This document shows positions 55,401 to 64,000 of a stretch of 64,000 bases of DNA, one piece after another (the first letter of the stretch is position 1; every line of letters starts with the position of its first letter). The notes below the pieces were generated by a model. It did no database searches and was not told where the DNA came from. It saw only the letters and a program-made list of their open reading frames with translations. Position numbers and translations under genes: made by a program. The DNA is from the human T2T-CHM13v2.0 reference genome, Homo sapiens: NCBI RefSeq assembly GCF_009914755.1, contig NC_060940.1, one strand, 5' to 3'.

Positions 55401-58400
55401 TCCATTCAATGATGATTCACTTCTCGTCCATTGGATGATTCCATTTCATTCCATTCGATGATGATTCCATTCGATTCCATTCGATGATTCCATTTGATTC
55501 CATGCGACGGTGAGCAATTCGATTCAATTCCATGATGATTCTATTTGATTCAATTAGATGATGTTTCCATTCGAATCCATTCCATGATTATTCCATTGGA
55601 ATCCATTCGGCGATGATTCCATATGAGACAATTCAATGATGATTCCATATGAGTCAATTCAATGATGATTCCATATGGGTCCGTTCGATGATAATTCCAT
55701 TTGATTTCATTCGATGCTTCTATTCAATTCCAGTCGATGATGATTCCGTTGGAGTCCATACGATGATTCCATTTGATTTCATTTCATGATGATTCCATTC
55801 GGTGACGATTACATTGGATTCCATTCTATGATTCCATTCAGTTCATTCGTTGATGATTCGATTCCATTCAATGATGATTCCATTTGAGTTCATTCGGTGA
55901 TTCTATTCGATTCCATTCTATGGTGATTCAATTCTCTTATATTGGATGATTCGACTCGATTCCATTTGATGATTATTCCATTGGAGTCCACTTAGTGAAT
56001 CCTTTAGATTCTACTCGAAGATGATTCCATTCGAGTCCATTCGATGATACCATTCAATTCCATTCGTTGATGCTTCCATTCAAGTGCATTCGATGATATC
56101 ATTCGATTCCATTTGATGATAATTCCATTTGATTCCATGCGATGATTCTATTCGATTCCATTCAATGATAATTCCATTCAATTCAGTGATTCCTCTGGAC
56201 TCCATTTGATGATGATTCCATTCAATGATTCCATTCGATTCTATTCGAAAATGATTACATTTGAATCCATTTGATGACGATTCCATTCCATTCCATTTGA
56301 TGATTCCATACTATTCTATTCGATGATGATTCCATTCGATTCCATTCGATGATGATTGGATTCGATTCCATTTGATGATTTCATTTGATTCCATTCGTTA
56401 ATGATTTCGATCAATTCCATTCGATGATTCCATTCGATTCCATTCGATAATGATTACATCCGAGTCCATTCGATGATTCCATTTGAGCCTGTTCGATAAT
56501 TCCATTTGAGTCCAACCAATGATTCCATTCATTTCCATTCAATGATTCCATTCGAGTCCATTTGATCATTCCGGTAGGGTCCATTCGATGTTGATTCCAT
56601 TGGAGTGCATTCGATGATTCCATTCGAGTCCATTTTAGGATTTGATTCGAGTCCTTTCGATGATTCCATTCGATTCCACTCGATGATGATTTCATTCGAG
56701 TCCATTCGACACTTCCAATCGATTCCATTTGATGATTCCATTCGAGTCCTATTGATGATTCCATTCAATTCCATTCGATGATGATTCCGTACGATTCCAT
56801 TCTGTGATGATTCCATGTGATTGCATTCAATGATGATTCCTTTCGATTGCATTCGATTATGATTCATTTCGTCTTCATTCTATGGTTCCACAGGTTTCCA
56901 TTCGTGTCCATTCCATTATTCCATTCTATTCCATTTGATGATGATTCCATTCGATTCCATTCATTGGTGATTCCACTCAATTCCATTCAATGATTCCATT
57001 CCATTTCTTTCAACAATGATTCCATTAGTTTCTAATCGATGATCCACTTGATTCCATTTGACGACGATTCCATTCTTGTCCATTCGATGATTCCATTTGA
57101 TTCCATATGATGATGATTCCATTCGATTCCATACCATGATGATTCCATTCGAGTCCATTCAATGGTGATTCCATTCAATTCCATTCGATGATTCCTTTCG
57201 ATTCCATTCGATGATGATGGCATTCGATTCCTTTCAATCATTCCCTTTGATTCCATTCAAAGGTGATTTCATTCAAGTCCATTCGATAATTGCATTCGAT
57301 TCCATTCTATGATGATTCCATTCGAGTCCATTTGATGATTCCATTCAATTCAAGTCAATGATGATTCCATTCGATTCCATTCGATGATTCCATTGGATTC
57401 CATTCGATGATGATTCCATTCAAATCCATTCGATAATTCAATTCAAGTCCATTCGATGATGATTCCAATCGAATCCATTCAAAGATTCCATTCAGTTCCA
57501 TTCGATGATTCCCTTGGATTCCATTCGATGATTCCACTTGATTGCATTTACGATGATTCCATTCGATTCCATGTGATGATTCCATTCAATTCTATTCAAT
57601 GATGTCTCCATTTGATTCCATTCGACCATGATTGCCTTTGATTCCATTCAATGATTCCATTCGGTTCCGTTTGATGATGATTCCGTTCGATTCCATTTGA
57701 TGATTCCATTTGATTCCATTGGATGAGTCCATTCGATTACATTCGATGATTATTCCATTCGAGTGCATTAGATGATTCCATTCGAGTCCATTCGATGATT
57801 CCATTCGATTCCATTCGATGTTGATTCTGTTCAAATCCATTCGATGATTCCACTCGATTCCATTCGTTGACTCCATTTGATCCCATTCGATGATTTCCTT
57901 TGATTCCCTTTGATGATCATTCCATTTGATTCAATTCGGTGATTTCATTTGATTCCATTCAGTGATGTTTCCATTCGACTCCATTCGATGATGATTCCAT
58001 TCGACTCCATTCGATTATGATTTCATTCAATTCCATTCGATAATGATTCCCTTCGAGTCCATTCGATGATTCCATTCGATTCCATTCAACGATGATTTGA
58101 TTCGTGTCCATTCGATGATTCCATTTGATTCCACTTGATGATGATTCCATTCGAGTCCATTTGATGATTCCATTCAATTCCATACTCCGATGATTTCTTT
58201 TGAGCCCACTCAATGCTTCCACTCGATTCCATATGATGATGACTCCATTCGATGAAATTCGATGATGATTCCATTCGCTTGCTTTCGATGATGATTCCAC
58301 TTGAGTCCGTTAGAAGATTCTATTCAATTACATTCCATGACGATTCCGTTCGAGTCCATTTGATGATTCCATTAGACTCCATTCGACGATGATTCCATTC

Positions 58401-58550
58401 GATGTTATTCCATGATTCCATTCGATCTCATTCGATGATGATTCCATTCAACTCCATTCGATGTTTCCATTCGAGTTCATTCTATTATTCCATTAGATTC
58501 CATTCGATGATGATTCCATTCGATTCCATTTGATGATTGCATTCTATTTC
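52474..58550 (+). repeat. Higher-order unit copy 10 (6077 bp; copy-8-like with additional -10, +26 and -1 bp)
   Basis: Marker 53436 to 59513 = 6077. Indels at ~55330, 55612-55663 and ~55842. Confidence 0.93.
55612..55663 (+). repeat. Private tandem duplication of one 26-bp monomer in copy 10
   Basis: GATGATTCCATATGAGACAATTCAAT followed by GATGATTCCATATGAGTCAATTCAAT; single in the other copies. Confidence 0.92.
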
Positions 58551-61500
58551 ATTTGATGATGATTCCATTCGAGTCCACTCGATGATTCCATTCGAGTCCA
58601 TTTAATGAATCCATTGGTTTCAATTCTATGATGATTACATTGGATTCCATTCGTTGATGATTTCATTCAGTTCCATTCAATGATGATTCCATTCAATTCC
58701 TTTCAATGTTTCCATTCAATTCCATACGATGATGATTCCATTTGATTTGATTCGACAGTGAGCCATTCGATTCAATTTCATGATGATTCTATTTATTCAA
58801 TTGGTTGACATTTCCATTCGATTCCATTCGATGATGATTCCCTTTGATTCCATTCAAAGATGATTCCATTCTAGCCCATTCAATCATTCCATTCGATTCT
58901 ATTCAATGATGATTCCATTCATGTCGATTTGGTGATTCCATTTGACTTCATTTGATGATGATTCCTTTCAAGTTCATTAGATGATTCCATTCGATTCCAT
59001 TTGATGATGATCCCATTCGAGTCCATTCAGTGATTCCATTCGTTTCCATTCCATGATGATTCCATTACTTTCCATTCAATGATTCCATTCGATTCCGTTT
59101 GATGATGATTTCATTCGAGTCCATTTGATGATTCCATTTGATTCCATTCGATGATGATTCCATTCGAGTCCATTCGATGATTCTATTCGAATCCATTTGA
59201 TGATTTCTTTTGATTATATTTGGTGATGATTCCATTGGAGTCCATTCAATGATTCCATTCTATTCCAATCGATGATGATTCCATTAGAGTCCATTTAATG
59301 ATTCCATTTGATTCCAGTCTCTGATGATTACATTCGAGTCCATACGATGATTCCACTCAATTCCATATGATGATGATTCCATTCGATTCCATTCGGTTAT
59401 TCCATTCTATTCTATTCAGTGGTGATTCCATTCGAGTACATTAGATGATTCCATTCGATTCCATTCAATGATGATTCTATTTGTGTCCCTTAGATGATTC
59501 CACATGATTCCATTAGATGATGATACTATTTGAGCCCATCCAATGATTCCCTTCGATTCCATTCGATGAGGATTCCATTCGATTCAATTCATTGGTGATT
59601 CTATTCAATTCAATTCTTTGATTCCATTCCATTCCATTCGACAATGATTCCATTCGATTTCTTTCGATGATTCCACTCGATTCCACTTGACATTGATTCC
59701 CTTCGATTCCATTCAATGATTCCATTTGATTCCAGTGGATGATGATTGCCATCGATTCCATTCGATCACTCCATTCTATTCCATTTGATGATGATTACAT
59801 TCGATTCCATTTGACGATTCCATCTGATTCTATTCGAGGATTCCATTTGATTCCATTCGATGATGATTCCATTCGAGTCCATTCGATGATTTCATTCGAG
59901 TACATCCAATGATTCCATTCGAGTCCATTTGATGATTCCATTTGATTCCATTTGATTATGATTCTACTAGAGTCCATTCAATGACTCCATTCGAGTCCAT
60001 TCAACAATTCCATTCGACTCCATTCGATGATTCCATTCGATTCCATTTGATGATTCCATTCGAGTCCATTTAATCATTACAGTCGAGTCCATTTGGTGAT
60101 TCCGCTGGATTTCCTTTGATAATGATACCATTCGATTACATTTGATGATGATCCCATTCAATTTCATTTGATGATGATTCCATTAGAGTCCATTCGATGA
60201 TTTTATTCGAGTCCCTTCATTGATTCCATCCGATTTCATTGGATGATGACTCCATTCGAGTCCATTCGATGATTCCACTCGATTCCATTAGATGATTCCA
60301 TTGGAGTCCATTTGATTGTTCCATTCGATTCCATTCGATTCCTTTCGAAGATTATTCCATTTGAGTCCATTCGATGATGATTCCATTCCATTCCATTCGA
60401 TGATTCCGTTTGATTCCATTCGATGATTCCCTTCGATTCCTTTCTTTGATGATTCCATTCCATTCCATTCAATGATTCCATTCGAATCTATTCCATGATG
60501 ATTCCTTTCGATTCCATTCGCTGATGTTTCCGTTCAATTCCATTCGATGATGATTCCATTCGATTCCATTCATTGAGGATTCCATTTGATTCCATTCAAT
60601 GATTCCATTCTATTCCATTCAATGATTGCATTCAATTCCATTCAATGATTATCCCATTAGAGTAAACTCAACGATTCCATTCAATACCATTCGATGATGA
60701 TTCCTTTTGAGTCCATTCAATGATTTCATTCAAGTCCATTTGATGATTCCTTTCAATTCCATTCTATGATGATTCCATTCGAGTCCATTCGATGATTCCA
60801 TTCGATTGCATTCGATGATTCCATTATATTCCATTCAACGATGATTCCATTCGAGTCCATTCGATGATTCCATTAGAGTACATTTAATGATTGCTTTGTT
60901 TTCAATTCGAAGATGATTACATTCGATTCCATTCTATGATACCATTCGATTCCATTCAATGATGACTCCACTCAAATCCATTGGATGATTCCATTCGTGT
61001 CCATTCGGTGATTTCATTAGATTCCATTCGAGGATGATTCCATTCGATTCCATTCGATGATTCCATTCAATTCCATTCGATGATGATTCCATTCGAGTCC
61101 ATATGATCATTCCATTTGATTTCATTCGATGATGATTCCATTCGATTCCATTCGACGATTCCATTCTATTCCATTCGATGATGATTCCATTCGAGTCCAT
61201 TCGATGATTCCATTCGAGTCCATTTAATGATTCCATTGGGTTCAATTCAATGATGATTACATTGGATTCCGTTCTATGATTCCATTCAATTCCGTTCATT
61301 GACAATTTGATTCCATTCGATGATGATTCCATTTGAGTTCATTCGATGATTCTATTCGATTCTCTTCGATGGTGATTCAATTCTATTATATTGGATGATT
61401 CCATTCGATTCCATTTGATGTTGATTCAATTCGATTCTATTCGATGATGATTCCATTGGATTTCACTTGATGATTCTATTCGATTCCATTCAATGATGAT

Positions 61501-64000
61501 TCACTTCTCGTCCATTGGATGATTCCATTTCATTCCATTCGATGATGATTCCATTCGATTCCATTCGATGATTCCATTTGATTCCATGCGACGGTGAGCA
61601 ATTCGATTCAATTCCATGATGATTCTATTTGATTCAATTAGATGATGTTTCCATTCGAATCCATTCCATGATTATTCCATTGGAATCCATTCGGCGATGA
61701 TTCCATATGAGTCAATTCAATGATGATTCCATATGGGTCCGTTCGATGATAATTCCATTTGATTTCATTCGATGCTTCTATTCAATTCCAGTCGATGATG
61801 ATTCCGTTGGAGTCCATACGATGATTCCATTTGATTTCATTTCATGATGATTCCATTCGATGACGATTACATTGGATTCCATTCTATGATTCCATTCAAT
61901 TCCATTCGTTGATGATACGATTCCATTCAATGATGATTCCATTTGAGTTCATTCGGTGATTCTATTCGATTCCATTCTATGGTGATTCAATTCTCTTATA
62001 TTGGATGATTCGACTCGATTCCATTTGATGATTATTCCATTGGAGTCCACTTAGTGAATCCTTTAGATTCTACTCGAAGATGATTCCATTCGAGTCCATT
62101 CGATGATACCATTCAATTCCATTCGTTGATGCTTCCATTCAAGTGCATTCGATGATATCATTCGATTCCATTTGATGATAATTCCATTTGATTCCATGCG
62201 ATGATTCTATTCGATTCCATTCAATGATAATTCCATTCAATTCAGTGATTCCTCTGGACTCCATTTGATGATGATTCCATTCAATGATTCCATTCGATTC
62301 TATTCGAAAATGATTACATTTGAATCCATTTGATGACGATTCCATTCCATTCCATTTGATGATTCCATACTATTCTATTCGATGATGATTCCATTCGATT
62401 CCATTCGATGATGATTGGATTCGATTCCATTTGATGATTTCATTTGATTCCATTCGTTAATGATTTCGATCAATTCCATTCGATGATTCCATTCGATTCC
62501 ATTCGATAATGATTACATCCGAGTCCATTCGATGATTCCATTTGAGCCTGTTCGATAATTCCATTTGAGTCCAATCAATGATTCCATTCATTTCCATTCA
62601 ATGATTCCATTCGAGTCCATTTGATCATTCCGGTAGGGTCCATTCGATGTTGATTCCATTGGAGTGCATTCGATGATTCCATTCGAGTCCATTTTAGGAT
62701 TTGATTCGAGTCCTTTCGATGATTCCATTCGATTCCACTCGATGATGATTTCATTCGAGTCCATTCGACACTTCCAATCGATTCCATTTGATGATTCCAT
62801 TCGAGTCCTATTGATGATTCCATTCAATTCCATTCGATGATGATTCCGTACGATTCCATTCTGTGATGATTCCATGTGATTGCATTCAATGATGATTCCT
62901 TTCGATTGCATTCGATTATGATTCATTTCGTGTTCATTCTATGGTTCCACAGGTTTCCATTCGTGTCCATTCCATTATTCCATTCTATTCCATTTGATGA
63001 TGATTCCATTCGATTCCATTCATTGGTGATTCCACTCAATTCCATTCAATGATTCCATTCCATTTCTTTCAACAATGATTCCATTAGTTTCTAATCGATG
63101 ATCCACTTGATTCCATTTGACGACGATTCCATTCTTGTCCATTCGATGATTCCATTTGATTCCATATGATGATGATTCCATTCGATTCCATACCATGATG
63201 ATTCCATTCGAGTCCATTCAATGGTGATTCCATTCAATTCCATTCGATGATTCCTTTTGATTCCATTCGATGATGATGGCATTCGATTCCTTTCAATCAT
63301 TCCCTTTGATTCCATTCAAAGGTGATTTCATTCAAGTCCATTCGATAATTGAATTCGATTCCATTCTATGATGATTCCATTCGAGTCCATTTGATGATTC
63401 CATTCAATTCAAGTCAATGATGATTCCATTCTATTCCATTTGATGATTCCATGGGATTCCATTCGATGATGATTCCATTCAAATCCATTCGATAATTCAA
63501 TTCAAGTCCATTCGATGATGATTCCAATCGAATCCATTCAAAGATTCCATTCAGTTCCATTCGATGATTCCCTTAGATTCCATTCGATGATTCCACTTGA
63601 TTGCATTTACGATGATTCCATTCGATTCCATGTGATGATTCCATTCAATTCTATTCAATGATGTCTCCATTTGATTCCATTCGACCATGATTGCCTTTGA
63701 TTCCATTCAATGATTCCATTCGGTTCCGTTTGATGATGATTCCGTTCGATTCCATTTGATGATTCCATTGGATTCCATTGGATGAGTCCATTCGATTACA
63801 TTCGATGATTATTCCATTCGAGTGCATTAGATGATTCCATTCGAGTCCATTCGATGATTCCATTCGATTCCATTCGATGTTGATTCTGTTCAAATCCATT
63901 CGATGATTCCACTCGATTCCATTCGTTGACTCCATTTGATCCCATTCGATGATTTCCTTTGATTCCCTTTGATGATCATTCCATTTGATTCAATTCGGTG
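58551..64000 (+). repeat. Higher-order unit copy 11 (partial, truncated by window end; copy-9-like up to ~62 kb)
   Basis: Unit start motif at 58551; marker 56867 to 62926 = 6059; shares the 3-bp loss (~60598) with copy 9. Confidence 0.92.

Larger units (their letters stand above)
1..64000 (+). repeat. Human satellite II (HSat2/HSATII)-type pericentromeric tandem array; probably HSat2B with ~6.1 kb higher-order period (chr16-like)
   Basis: Continuous degenerate ATTCCATTCG/ATGATG 23- and 26-bp monomers from base 1 to 64000 with abundant TCGA. The marker ORF 'MNHNRMQ' recurs with upper coordinates 4429, 10541, 16653, 22715, 27678, 33786, 38669, 44731, 50790, 56867 and 62926. Family call is from the known consensus; subfamily and chromosome are inferred from the period only. 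Confidence 0.96.

Noticed and set aside
399-63935. Numerous 60-137 aa minus-strand ORFs (MESSSNGIEWNHRM...)
   Set aside because: They are direct translations of the GAATG/CATC satellite strand, which is ATG-rich and stop-poor. They overlap in several frames, recur with the unit, and are opened or closed at random by point variants and frameshifting indels. There is no domain, splice or promoter evidence.
1-64000. CRISPR-like repeat/spacer array
   Set aside because: The 23-26 bp repeats abut each other with no unique spacers, no leader and no cas genes.
1-64000. HSat3, alpha satellite or telomeric repeat
   Set aside because: The regular ATGATG interruptions and CATTCGA core are HSat2-type rather than pure (CATTC)n HSat3. 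I saw no 171-bp monomer, CENP-B box or TTAGGG run; the single TTAGGG hexamers at ~9617, ~15729 and ~26754 are point variants.

Overview
The whole 64 kb window is one uninterrupted, single-orientation array of (CATTC)n-derived satellite of the human satellite II (HSat2/HSATII) type. It is built from degenerate 23/26-bp monomers (ATTCCATTCG x2 plus ATG or ATGATG), with the CATTC strand on +. The monomers form a higher-order unit of 6112 bp. Ten complete copies and one partial copy start at 1, 6113, 12225, 18337, 24399, 29362, 35470, 40353, 46415, 52474 and 58551 (lengths 6112, 6112, 6112, 6062, 4963, 6108, 4883, 6062, 6059, 6077, then truncated). A ~6.1 kb period is what is known for the HSat2B array of human chr16 pericentromeric heterochromatin; that assignment is inference. 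I see no genes, RNA genes, transposons or CRISPR arrays, and all listed ORFs are translations of the satellite. I found no new protein-coding system. The informative signal is the array's evolutionary architecture: two interleaved variant lineages, two independent ~1.15 kb microhomology-flanked deletions (one at a lineage switch), a 12.1 kb dimeric duplication, recurrent breakpoints near unit offset 3.6-4.0 kb, clustered complex indels, and older duplications inside the unit. All comparisons were made by eye and by coordinate arithmetic, not by computed alignment.
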